From positions 620,001 to 684,000 of the forward strand of contig OZ287084.1 in assembly GCA_965645245.1 (NCBI GenBank): DNA of 64,000 nt, written 5' to 3'. Below the pieces are notes generated by a model. The model searched no databases. It saw only the letters and a program-made list of their open reading frames with translations, and had not been told where the DNA came from. Below, one piece after another: positions 24,889 through 36,513 of the stretch. The stretch is from Massalongia carnosa. Lineage: Eukaryota. The stretch's first letter is position 1; every line of letters starts with the position of its first letter. The position numbers were made by a program, and so were the translations under genes.

Positions 24889-26436
24889 GTAATTAGCACC
24901 TAGCCATTCTAGTAAGGAAAAAGCTGGTGTTCCTTCCCAGGAACTGGACACGTCCACGAGCACACCAGTGCAGGACTATCGCCTATTCGGCATGAGTCCA
25001 AGCCTCGCTCGCAGCCTGATCGACCAGTGATCGCCTCCCTCCTTCGTAGCCTCGCCCCCAATCCAGTATTACCCTTCCCAAACGGAGCTCGCTTGTAGGA
25101 TGGTAGCGGGCGATCGCTCTTCATGGCGAGCTAGCTGCGGATATCTGTCATCCACTCACCACCTGCGTACCTACTCGAGATGTTTCCCCCTCCTTCCCGG
25201 GGTCCCTGATAGATTTTCTGACTGCAGGCTTCGGAAACCGGATGAACTCGCACGATGATGCAGTGCCCCAAACGCATTCGATAGATAACGAAAATCCGGC
25301 AGCAAGAAAGGAGAAAAAAACGCATCAAATCCAAACCCATCCACTTGGTACACCCCGGGACCTGCCAAGCGCTGCGGACACGTCGGACCCGTCAGAGCGA
25401 TGGCGCTGGCAGCCTGAAAACAGGGAACTTTGCACGGCTTCACGATCAACAAACATGATAGGTAACCAACCCCACAAGCCTGTCCGTCTCCACCGACTCT
25501 TTGCCGGGAACGTTTCCTTTTTTTCTATTCTCTCTTTTTCTCTCTCTCACTCTCTCTCCTTTTCTTTCTCTATCTCGGCATTTGTAGAAGCTTGCGTGGC
25601 AGTTGACGCTATACCGGAATCGTCCATGTACCTTTGTGGCTGTCCATCAATCCATTCCAGTCAGAACCATTCATCTCGAAAATTCTCCACTCTTTTTTCT
25701 CACAGCTTCCCTCAGCCTGAATCACTCAACGAATCACATGTTTGGCAGCCCTCGTATGCTGAGTCCCCAATGCTGAATGCTTGACGCAGGGACAGGTGCC
25801 CAAGGAGGAGGTAATTCATGTCTCAATGGAGTAATCGCCCGTCTTTGTCCAGAGGGGGAAGGGCCTTTGGTTTCTATGGAGCATGGACATTCCTGTACAG
25901 CTCTGCAAGCTCCGCGCTATCAACGGACCCTCGCATGCATGTTTTGTTTTCTTTGTTTACCCAGAGGAGCGTTTACGCGCGTGGACAACGATGGCATTGT
26001 TTCTTATCGGTAGTTAGGGTACTTCGATCATGCAGCCATCTATGTACCTACCTGATACCGGTGAAACGCATGGCTTCATCGGTCCGTGTGGATGCTGAAT
26101 GATGGTGCCATCCTGGGCAGATTTCCTTGATATCAAATCACTTCGACAGCACCTCACCAAGGTACTTTTTGTTCCTTGATCCGCTAATCCACCGCTGACT
26201 TGTCAACTACTATTTGTACTTCCGCCTTCCCCCCCTTTCTCATTCTGACTTTTCTCTTCAACCTTCAGCACCAGCCTTCGACAATCTCTCAATCGCTACC
26301 CAGGAACGTCCCCAGCCAGTCCATTCGCTCCCTCGCCCTTGTCCCACATTCGTTGTTCTGCCCATCTATCAGATATATAATATCCCACCCCCAATAATCA
26401 TCAACAACACCACTTAATTCCCTTCCCAACGCAGAA

Positions 26437-26769
26437 ATGCAGTTCCTCTTCACCCTCCTTACCGCCTTCCTCCTCCCCCTCACCATCCTCGCGTCCACCG
26501 GTACGGCCGTCTCCTCCGGCTTCGCCCCGATCTCCACCCATAGCAGCAGCCCTTACCCCATCAAGAACGGCACAGTCCACATCTATGACGTCCCCGTTGG
26601 CACCGGCAAGCCCTTTCCCGTACACAGCCCCCACACCTACTCCATCCATCCTGGGCCCACCAAGACCGCTCCCGCCGGCCCCGTAGGCACCGCTCCCGCC
26701 GGCACTGCATCCGCCAGCACCGCTGCCCCGAGCGCCTCCGGCAAGCGAGCGCACCCGAGGATGTTCTAG
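26437..26769 (+). CDS. Small secreted P/T/A/G-rich protein, 110 aa, unknown function
   Basis: Signal-peptide-like N-terminus MQFLFTLLTAFLLPLTILA, strong C-ending codon bias, TATATAA about 60 bp upstream and GTAP repeats. Confidence 0.7.
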   Translation: MQFLFTLLTAFLLPLTILASTGTAVSSGFAPISTHSSSPYPIKNGTVHIYDVPVGTGKPFPVHSPHTYSIHPGPTKTAPAGPVGTAPAGTASASTAAPSASGKRAHPRMF

Positions 26770-29160
26770 ATGGTGATATTATGTTGAGTGGTAGGGGTGG
26801 TTTTTTCCCGTGAGCGGGAACGGGACGGACTAGCATTTTTTGGAGGGGTTTGCAACGCCAGATCGACCGGAATCCCTTTTTTTTTCCGGAAGACATTTTC
26901 CACGGCCACGGATAAGATTTTGCAGGAAGCGAGGGGGGGAATGATCGACAACGACAACGATCTTCTCCTGTCCCTCTTCTCTCTCTCTATCACACTTTCT
27001 TACGCAGACGACATTTCACGATTCCACGGAAGCCAATAACACACACATTCTAATCTATAGACGATGCACAACTCGGGTGACCACAGTAATATACACGCAC
27101 GCATGCAACGGAACCCTGGATGGACGGGATGGATTGATCATGACCCCGGATCTTCCCCTTTTTTTCGATCTTCTTCCAATTCTCACGGCCAGGTATGAAT
27201 AGATGGACGGGATGGATGGATTGAATGAGCGAAACGAGCCATGTATGTATGGGGATTGGCCGGGGAGGGGGAGGGGCTGGGTGAGGGTCGATTGGGCACT
27301 GTCAGCGTGCCTCTCTCTTTCTGTTCGAAAACGTTAAACCCCAATTCAACGTTTTGTTTTGGACGTGTGGAGATGCTTCTTTTTTTGGGAGCAATATTAT
27401 CTTCATCATCATATAGACTTTTTAGGCCCCTATTCTATCTACCCACTCATCCTTCATCCCCCCAAAAAATTCGGATCTTTAATAGATGGAGATGAAAGGA
27501 AATACGAATCTGCCATGTAGCTCTCTAGACTTTTTTTTTGGGTTTGGTTGGTTTACTATGGACCGTCATCGATCCCAAATGAAGAACACCTTACCTCCTC
27601 TCTAGCTACAGCAATCAAACCTACGTAATCGTACAGAATAGATAGCTATCTGAATACCGAGTACATAGTTACCTGCCGACCTACTAAATTCCCAGCAATC
27701 CATGCGTGGCGCTTGCTCGCTCGCTCGTTCGCTCGCGTGCGTGCATGCATGCAGCGTATATACATCGTCAGGGTTGATTATCCGGTTATCTTTCCCCACT
27801 TGCTTGTACTAGGGGGGGGTTTTGCTTCTTTTCCTTTCCTTGTTTGATTAGGTAGATTCCCCATTTCTGTACGGAGTACGGAGTGCCTCTGTGTATCAAT
27901 CAGTCATCATGACCCAAGATCAGCAGATCGTAACCAGGCTTCTAGGATCAGAACCCAAAAATACTCTAGGTTCTCTAGTTGACTACGGAGTAGTTAGGTA
28001 GGTAAGTAGGTAGGTGGGGAGGTGAGTGGCTTGAGTGATGGCTGCGCCAATACAGAGTACTTTCTATACACTAGAGAGATAATGGGGCGTTCCATCTCAT
28101 CAATCTCTCAGCCCCCACCAGCCACCCCGGCTGTTCGTTGTTCGCCACATCACAGCTAAAGATCTGCCTACCTATGACGTTGGTGTCTAGGTAGCTGGCT
28201 AGCTGGCTAGATGGCTGGCTAAATGGCTGGCTATATTTGGGGCTGGATGGGGGAAATACGAGATGCTAGTTAGCTTGATAGTTACATAGTACATAGCTAA
28301 CTGCCTAGGTAGGTAAGGAGAGGATGAACCGTGAGCGAAAGATGGGGTGGGATGTGGATGGTTCGTGGTAGCGAGATCCCGGAAGTACCTACGGAGTACC
28401 TAGTTAAGGGAGGAGGTGATTAGGTCGGTTAGGGGCAATTTTCGGTAGCTGGGAGAGTGATTAGTGACAGGTGGCAAGTGGCAGGTGGCCGGTGGCCGGC
28501 AAGTGATGAACAAAAAACAAATAGTGGGAAGGGAACCGATTTTCCCATCAATAAGTCCATCAGTCAGTAATCCGAATCTCCAATATTAATGCAGTTTTCG
28601 TCAATGCGCGGTAGACCGGTAGGTCGGTAAGCAATAAGAGAATATGTTCAAGAGACCGAGCGAGGCCGAGGACGGCCGTAGAGCCGCAAAGTGTAAAGTG
28701 TTTAATATATTGTTAGGTATGCCGGTAGGTAGGTGCGCCAGCAGGCGAGGATAGCCGGGAAAGTTAAGAAAAAGATGGAGTATACGTTTTAGGATTGGGT
28801 GCTGGAGGATGCTGGGGTGGCTTTCCTGGGCGGGGAAGAGTGCGGAGGATGTGGAGGAGGCTAAGGGCGGAAGAACAGGTTGAGGTGTGTACTGGGGATT
28901 AAGGGCGGAGTGGGGTATACTAAGCGAGCGGAGGTGGGGTGAGATATTCGAAATTTGATGAGATGGGCGTGAAATAGTTTAGTTATGTTGAAGATCGCGT
29001 TAGGTTAGTTACTTGAAATGTGTACGTCTGTGACAGAAGTAAAGATGAGGAGAATCGTTTCGGTGGAGACAGACCTCGCGAGATATCTTTCTTCATCAAC
29101 TCTTCAGACTTTTCTTGGTGCCATACAGACATATTGATCTGCAACCTACTGCTTGGCGTA

Positions 29161-30132
29161 ATGGAAACATCGTCAGGTGCAGCAAATATGTCATTTCCAT
29201 TCCTTCGTCTCCCGTTTGAGATCCGCTATATGATCTACAGCCTACTGCTCAAATCCGAACATGAAGACAAAATCATCACACCTGACCTCAATGGCTCGCG
29301 TCGCCGCCAGTTTCTCACCAACCGGATAGTCTGCATGAGTGACACGATGCCCTTGCTCAGGACCTGCACAGCCATTCATGACGAGGGCGCCAACGTGCTC
29401 TACGGAAGCCATATCTTCCTGTTCACCGACGAACCCCATAGCCAAAAGGAAGCACTGGTACCGGAGTTGAATCTAACGATACCTCAGTGCGACATGCCAA
29501 AGATGCACCGTTTCTTCAAGGCCATTGGGACGCGGAATGTGACGCGGATCCGTCATCTTCAGCTTCAATTTTATTCCGCTCGGTTCCTGTTCCTACCAGA
29601 CAGAAATCATGATACCGCATATCTCCCGCAAACCCATGCCAACGGAAAGTACCTTCAGAAAACCTTGGAGCTTTTGGCATCTCATCACCGTCTTCAGACT
29701 TTTACCATCGTGCTCACTCCGCTCAACTGGTACTCGTACCAGTATTTTCATTTATCCAGGCTGGGCGAGCGGACTTTCCTCCGCTACCTTCGAAAGATCA
29801 AAGGTGTGCGCATAAAATGCAAGCTTCAGAATGATTTCTATGCTCAATCTCCGTCGGAGCAAAAACTGTACGCGAGCACTCGAAGAGCCTTTGAGATGAT
29901 ATCGTCTGAAATCGAGGCATGGCAGACCGAGGAAAGCAACAGCAATCGTTTCCAGCCGGAGAACAGAGTTAACCCGAGCTTGGTTGTTGCAGCGCCGCAA
30001 AATCCTAAGAAAATCAGAATGGAAAATCACCAAACGTTTCTCGAAGATGCGAAGAAACCCGAGGAAACCACATGTAGCAACTGCAAGGCTTTGCAACAAA
30101 AGGCAGGTCGCCCACGGCGGAACAGTGTTTGA
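29161..30132 (+). CDS. Hypothetical protein with N-terminal F-box-like FLRLPFEIRxMIY motif (DUF7730-like), ~323 aa
   Basis: FPFLRLPFEIRYMIYSLLL...LLRTCTAIHDEGANVLYGSHIFLF...FFKAIGTRNVTRIRHLQL is typical of this expanded fungal family. First ATG of the frame is at 29161. Confidence 0.8.
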   Translation: METSSGAANMSFPFLRLPFEIRYMIYSLLLKSEHEDKIITPDLNGSRRRQFLTNRIVCMSDTMPLLRTCTAIHDEGANVLYGSHIFLFTDEPHSQKEALVPELNLTIPQCDMPKMHRFFKAIGTRNVTRIRHLQLQFYSARFLFLPDRNHDTAYLPQTHANGKYLQKTLELLASHHRLQTFTIVLTPLNWYSYQYFHLSRLGERTFLRYLRKIKGVRIKCKLQNDFYAQSPSEQKLYASTRRAFEMISSEIEAWQTEESNSNRFQPENRVNPSLVVAAPQNPKKIRMENHQTFLEDAKKPEETTCSNCKALQQKAGRPRRNSV

Positions 30133-31069
30133 GCCGCCATTGGAGAAAAACCTCATGCTGTCAGCCATGGATGTAAGGAAATTTTCACATCCAGATATAT
30201 TTTTGAGCTACGCACCTTTCTACCATTTCTGGAACTCTTAAGCGACCTGGCAATTAGGTTTATCTTCGAGTTTTTCTTTAGCCACGACCTGTTCCACCCT
30301 TCGTTGTCCTATTGTCTCATCGAGGCATTTCAATAAGTCAAGAAAGGCAGCTCAATTAGTCTCATATTTTTGTTGTCTGGCGCTAGAGATCATTTACTGT
30401 CTTTGAGAAGCGGTCTATTTCGTTCAAACCTTATAGCTCATATCTCAACAGTGATCAAGGGATTCTGAATACCAATACTAGCTGATTTATATAGCCTCTT
30501 CAAATCCAAAGAATCTTGGTTTTTCTATCTCCTTTGGTATCAAATGCACACGCAAGCTTGAACGGCAAGCTTTGGAGAAAGTCTCCCCTCCCGTGGAATT
30601 CTAGAAATCCTCCTTTTCAGACTCAACTCTGAAACTGGAGCATGTGCGATCAACCATCTCGTCTAGATCCGCTAAGAACATCCCTGCGAAGAGATGCCGC
30701 TCTTGCACTGGAAAGGAAAGGAAATAGAAGAAAAAAAAACTTCATGTACACACCGATCATATATATAGCTAAATCCCACGCCTAAACCCATTCTATCCAA
30801 TCCGTATCCGCATCCTTTCGCGCATCCATCCACCAGTTGACTTAGTCAAGCAGCTTGTCCCATTTCGATATTTGTCTGCATATTCGCTCATCCTTTCAAC
30901 TCCGCATCTGGCCACCCAGCCATGAAATCGCTGATCTAACGTATCATTCAATCTTCACCTTCCCTAATCTCCCCACCCTTCTACCTGACAAACTTTCCTT
31001 CTAGGTCTTTTCCTTTCTAGATCTTCCGTCAAACTCTTACTTGGTTGACGGAGCGGGTGACTGATCCAG

Positions 31070-31270
31070 ATGACCTGGCCGAGAGTCAGTACGATAGATG
31101 GGAAGGTGGAATGTACGGGGTGTATGAACGCCCCGCGTGTATGCGACTTCGGGTTATCTCCAGTTGAAACACCACTCAGTCGAGAATATATTGTCTTGTC
31201 TCCCTGCCGCGTATGCTGGCAAGAGGCGCCTACCAAACTTCCTGGAAATTGCATTTGGGTAGGTGCGTAG
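31070..31270 (+). CDS. Candidate 66-aa Cys-rich peptide
   Basis: CTGC...C...CRVC...C, a G-rich downstream tract like other small genes here, and upstream acceptor-like tracts. No recognisable family. Confidence 0.3.
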   Translation: MTWPRVSTIDGKVECTGCMNAPRVCDFGLSPVETPLSREYIVLSPCRVCWQEAPTKLPGNCIWVGA

Positions 31271-32268
31271 GTAGGTAGTCCGGTCTGGGAAATGAACACT
31301 CTTTCCCGTCCTTTTTATCTCTTTGGGGTTGGAGAGGAAAGGAGCGGGGGGGGAGCGATGAGGGGGAAGGGGGGGTTGAGGGCCCCCCTTCTTACTTGAG
31401 GTTGTTCCACCATTTTCATCATCACAGTTCTTTTCTAGTGATGTACTTGTACCAAAGCGATAGAAATACATACATACAGAAACCAACTCCCTCATCTTTT
31501 CACCTACTCATATCATATCATCTCCTTCATTTTGTTTTCCTCGCTTTTGTGCAAATTCTTTCGCTCTTTCATTCAAAAAAAAGAAAAATGAGACCAAAAA
31601 AACCCCCCCCGTTTGATAAATACCGATTCACTCAAGTCTTTTCAATCTATTAGACATGTAATATTATCAAGATACGGAAATCGGGTTTCATCCGGCGTTT
31701 TTTTGGGGATTTGGAATGGGGAGAAGATGACGGAAACAAGAACACGAAGAGGAACGACAGGTTTTAAATACCTCAACAAAAACGAAAGATTGCGATTTCT
31801 TTAATATATGTATATTATTAATTTACGTACTCATTTCCTCACTTTGCCTGTCTAGACAACAAACAAACGAAGTGAAGGAGAGATGTATGAAAGAAAGGAA
31901 GGAAGGAAGGAGAAAAGGAAAAGACAAAGTCATACGCAGAGATTGTAAGAGATAGGAAATGTGAAAAAGAGACAGGGTCCCTATGTAATGCCTCACCTCA
32001 CCTCCCTCCGTTCATTTTTTCTACATATTTGATTCCCGTCTCCCTTTCTCTCTTTCCACAATTCTTCGAAAAATAAACCGAAGTGGACTTTCCTGTCGAG
32101 CCAGTCGATTCCTGATCAGTAACTTGCGTTGATAGAAGTCATCGTCATCATCAAAAAAAGAAAGAAAAAAAAGCTTCGGGAAGAATAAGAAAAAGGAAAG
32201 ATATGTCTAGGATAAGAAAGGGAGAATATGAAAGATAAAGAAATATATGAGATATGCGGTTGCTTGCA

Positions 32269-32320
32269 GATGATGATGATGGTGATGGTGATGGTGATGG
32301 TGATGGTGATGGTGATGGTG
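32269..32320. repeat. (GAT)n(GATGGT)n microsatellite
   Basis: Directly visible. Confidence 0.9.
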
Positions 32321-33624
32321 TTGGTGTTTGTTTAAATCGATAGAGAGAGAGGAACTGTTCGAGAAGGAGGACTAATGGACGAGCGAGAAAATGAACGGAC
32401 AAACGAACGAAACGAAACCGTTGAGATGGATTGGGATGGAGTGAACCAAACAGAGTAAAAGTAATAACGAGAACAACGTTAATCAAAGAACGCTGTTGAG
32501 AAGCCAAACATGTCGAGAGAAATCCGTCTTTGTCTGTCCTGTCTGTATATGTCCAGGCACCCAACATAACTATCGATAAAAGTATCTCGAGTACTTTATA
32601 TATCTATATAACGTTGACAAGCGCCTTCGAACGCTCCGTTTTGCGGAAGCGTGTGTATATTAGTTTGTATTTGTAGCTGTGTTTGTGCTTGATCGTAACG
32701 AAATGATGAAGCGGTCAAGATTCACATAGACGGATAATCAGATAAACAGATAGACAAAGTCAGTTCCGGCTCTAGGTCTAGATCTAGATCTAAATCAGGG
32801 GAGCTCCAGCTTCAGTTTCAAACCCTTCCCCCCCACTTACCACAAAGCTCAAGGCCCCTTTCCCCAAACTCTCAGACCTCGACCATTCCTCAACCCCACG
32901 TTCCTTAGCCTGATTGTTTATTCCATTCGGAACCTTTGTTTACTAGCGGTATGTAAGGAACTATCATCCCGTTGGGGGGGAAAAAAAACAGAACGCGAAA
33001 GGCGAGAAAGGAGATTGTACAAAATACTTGAGTGAACGCACATGAGGTGAAGTCGGCCGAAATGAGAGAGATACTGGGAGAGGGGGTAAAAGATATGTAA
33101 AATTAGGAGGGATCCATTGTTCTTTCTTTTCTTCTTTTAAAAAAATACAATTGGTAGAAAATCCAAGGTAAAGGAAATCCACTCGTCAACAAATCCCACC
33201 CAAAACGAAACGGGACCAGGACAGGCTCACGGGCTAAGAGCGCTCTGTATCATTCATTCCCCCCTTCCTCCTTCGCGCCCTCTGCGGTAGATTTATTAAT
33301 CATATGTGGGGAAAAAACCAAGTTTCGACAATACGGAATACCCATGTATGCCTACACAGAGTCGATGATTCGTCAAATCGATGCCGTAAACGGTGAACGC
33401 CGGGTGGGGCGGTAGAGAAGTAATAAAAAAGCCCCACTTGACTTGTCTCTCAAAAGAAAAAGAACAAAGTTACCACGTAACAGAAAAGAAAAGAGAAAAC
33501 AGAGCCGCCGCCTAAGGCGAGCGAAAAGCAGGAGCACCGACGCGAAAACTCAAAAGCTCACACACCTCGCAATAAGAAAAGAAGGAATCTGATATTGGGA
33601 AGGGAGGAGGGGTCCGGGTGGGAG

Positions 33625-33672
33625 GAAGAAGAAGAAGGAGAAGAAGAAGAAGAAGAAGAAGAAGAAGAAGAA
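33625..33672. repeat. (GAA)n trinucleotide microsatellite
   Basis: About 16 units with one GGA interruption. Confidence 0.92.
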
Positions 33673-35746
33673 AATCAAGCAAGAACGAGCTTCGAGAAAA
33701 GGAAAGGCGATGGTTCATTTTGCCCCAAACACATACATACATTGCAATGGGAAAACTCCCCTCAATTGGAGCTAGGAACAAGCGACTAGCGCCCTTCTGT
33801 CAACAGAAAATTTCGGAGACAATCAAGAGAGTAAGTCAGAGAAACCCTTCTAGATTTTGTTGGGCATAGAGGGAGATTTTTTGATAAAGCAGTAAGAGAA
33901 GAGGAGCTGAATGAAATAGGGAAAAAAAACCAAACTTTTAAGTCTTTAATCCATACATATTTTTCCTTCCTTTCCGCGAACACAGCTCAGAACGAAAGGC
34001 ATCCTCGCGTAATTCTATCAACGCCATCATAAACTCCTCATACTTTCGAAGACGTTCTTAAAACTCCCTCTCCATAGATTTCGAGCTTCACCATCCCAAC
34101 TCTCAACCACAAAATCAAAACAACTCTCATCAGATAGGATAGCTCGAGGGTTTTCTTCTGCTTTTGTCACTGCCAGTTCTCTTTTTCCCCGATCGCCATT
34201 CCCGTTCCTAATCCCTTTTTTTTTCTTTCCAAATCCGGATATATACCAGAAAACCAAGGTGTTCTATAGCTGTATCTTATCTCTACTTCGTATTTATCTA
34301 GTTCTCCTCTTTCTAATGTAGAAAGAGGAAGATGAAGAAGGAGAGGAAGAGGGAAAAAAGGACACCCTCCATATGACTAAAATAAGGCAGAAAAACTAAA
34401 AATCCGATAGGCTAAACTAGGTTATTCAAACCATATACAACGAACGAAGATGAATTAGATATGTCCATCTGTTCAGACCACTTTCTCCAGAACACTCTTT
34501 ACACTAGCAGCCAACGTAACAACATACTCTCAAGCCAACCAACCAACATTTCTCGTTTCTCGTTTCTTATTTCTCAATTAGGCTGCCGCTACATATGCAT
34601 GTAACTACCTAATGCATGCATTTATGTACATATTCATGCACAACACCCATTACCACCAGATGCTCCCGTAACCCACAATTTCCACGAATAAGAACAATAA
34701 CAAAAGCAAGATCGACAACAACACCAACAATACCAAAAACAACTCATCATCAAATCTCAATTAAAAAAACCAGAAAGACAAGAAAGAAGACCAGCAACAA
34801 CAACTTACTCCCTTCCCTCTACCAACTCAACAAAACCTAAAATCCTATTCTCTTCTTCTCTCTTTTCAATCACCAACATTAAAAATTTTTCAATGTTAGT
34901 TGTTCAGTAAACTGGAGCTTTAACGGGCAGTAGGGTAATGGAATTAATGGGAAGTTGTTAATCAATGTTATTGTTGTTAATTGGCACTTAACCAAAAAGA
35001 GCAATTTCCAATAGCTACCTTTGTAGTTCCATGTTACCTCATGTGCTCACTCACTCACCTATTCCAATCCCTCCTAAAAGCAGCAATGACAAACCAACCC
35101 CACCCAGCTAGCAGGCTATGTAGCTAGTGCCCACCCGCCCTCCAGAAAAAAGCCACCCAATAAACGCTACTGCAGGTACGGGAGAAAGACTAAAACGTTG
35201 ACAGACTTACCTGACTAACCTGCAACCTTACAGTCGAATAATAATGCAGGGGGTGGGTGGTTGCTATGCCTTGCATTGGATTGTAGGTAATCCGTAATTT
35301 CGGGTAGAGGGGGAATTGATTCTGTGTCACGCGACGGGAAAGGATATTGGGAGAGAGGGGAAGTGGAACAGGGGAAAGGCGTGAAAACGGGTCGGTTTTT
35401 GATCATTAGATAGGTACCTAGCTAGGTACAGGCGTTTCAAAGCATAGTCTGCGCCTCTCTATTATCGTGACATGTTTCCAATTCGCCAAAACGAACCCAT
35501 CTACCGCCGGTCCACCCTATGCAGAATCCCATCGTTATCACATTGGGGATGACAAAGCTCCAATGAGAAAATCATGGATTTGTCTTTGTCAAGAAAAATT
35601 ATTACATCCACGCTCCGAATATAACATCCCCGTCTGCCAACCCCAAAGGACTAGTCCCGTATCCAAATGGCAAGATGATCGCCCAGCTAGTAGGTTTCCG
35701 AAGGAGAAAAACACCAGGTTAGGATTCGATTTCGAACAGCAACCGT

Positions 35747-36513
35747 TTACAATAGAAGAGCGGCCAGACCGAGCAGGCTAGCAAGGCTTGCGGCGGATGC
35801 GGCATAGGCCTTGTTAGCAGCACCCTGGAAAGCGGCGGGCTTGGTGGTTCCTGGAACACTGCCGCTAGGGGCGGGGACTCTAGTGCTAATTGGTGCCGGC
35901 ACAGTAGAGTTGACAAAAATGGGGGTGGTGACGGGCCCGTTGGGGACTGGTACACCAGTCGTGGGAACGGGAACAACTGGCGCAGAAGATGCAACTGGCG
36001 CAGAGGATGGGAGTTCGGTTCCTGTTGGAACCGGAACAGTGACCACGGGAATGGTGGTCTCAATTTGGTAGTTACTGGTTTTGACTGGGACGCTTGATGC
36101 AACGGCGGAGGTAGACACGACGGGGGTGATGACCGGGACAATAGGCGTGCTAGACGCGCTGGTGAAATGTTAGTGGGAGATTGGGAAGAGCTGCGAGCGC
36201 AGTGGGGGTACCAGGTGGGACAGTACACGACGGGAGAAGTGAAGACAGGCTTGGTCACAGTGCAGGGACAGTTGGTGATAGTCAAAGTGGTTGCCTGTGA
36301 AAGTGGAGTTAGCAAGTGCTGGTTGAGCTGCTGAATCCTTGTTTTGCTTACCTCCGTCACAGTGTATGTGTGAGTTCCATGGGAAATGACCGTTGCTGAT
36401 GGGCAGTACGTGGTGTAGGCAGTCACAATCTCCGTGGTGTAGGTGACATTGTCCCAGGCGTTCGCGCCAGCCACAAGGGCAGCGGAAGCAGCGATGGCAG
36501 ATGAGTAACGCAT
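35747..36513 (-). CDS. ccg-6: Ccg-6/Sed1-like GPI-anchored cell wall protein, ~218 aa; exons 36513-36352, 36294-36212, 36158-35747
   Basis: Signal peptide, [19 protein letters not shown]...[23 protein letters not shown] motif, S/T/P/V-rich body and a GPI signal (FQGAANK...[12 protein letters not shown]). Two introns with CTAAC branch sites. Confidence 0.85.

Noticed and set aside
25242..25784. 180-aa ORF
   Set aside because: It runs through a CT-rich tract, with no domain or consistent intron model.
32340..32700. Possible solo LTR, with vague similarity to AACGAAC-rich tracts at about 2140, 13980 and 49070
   Set aside because: No TG...CA ends with a TSD, and no alignable similarity beyond low-complexity words.
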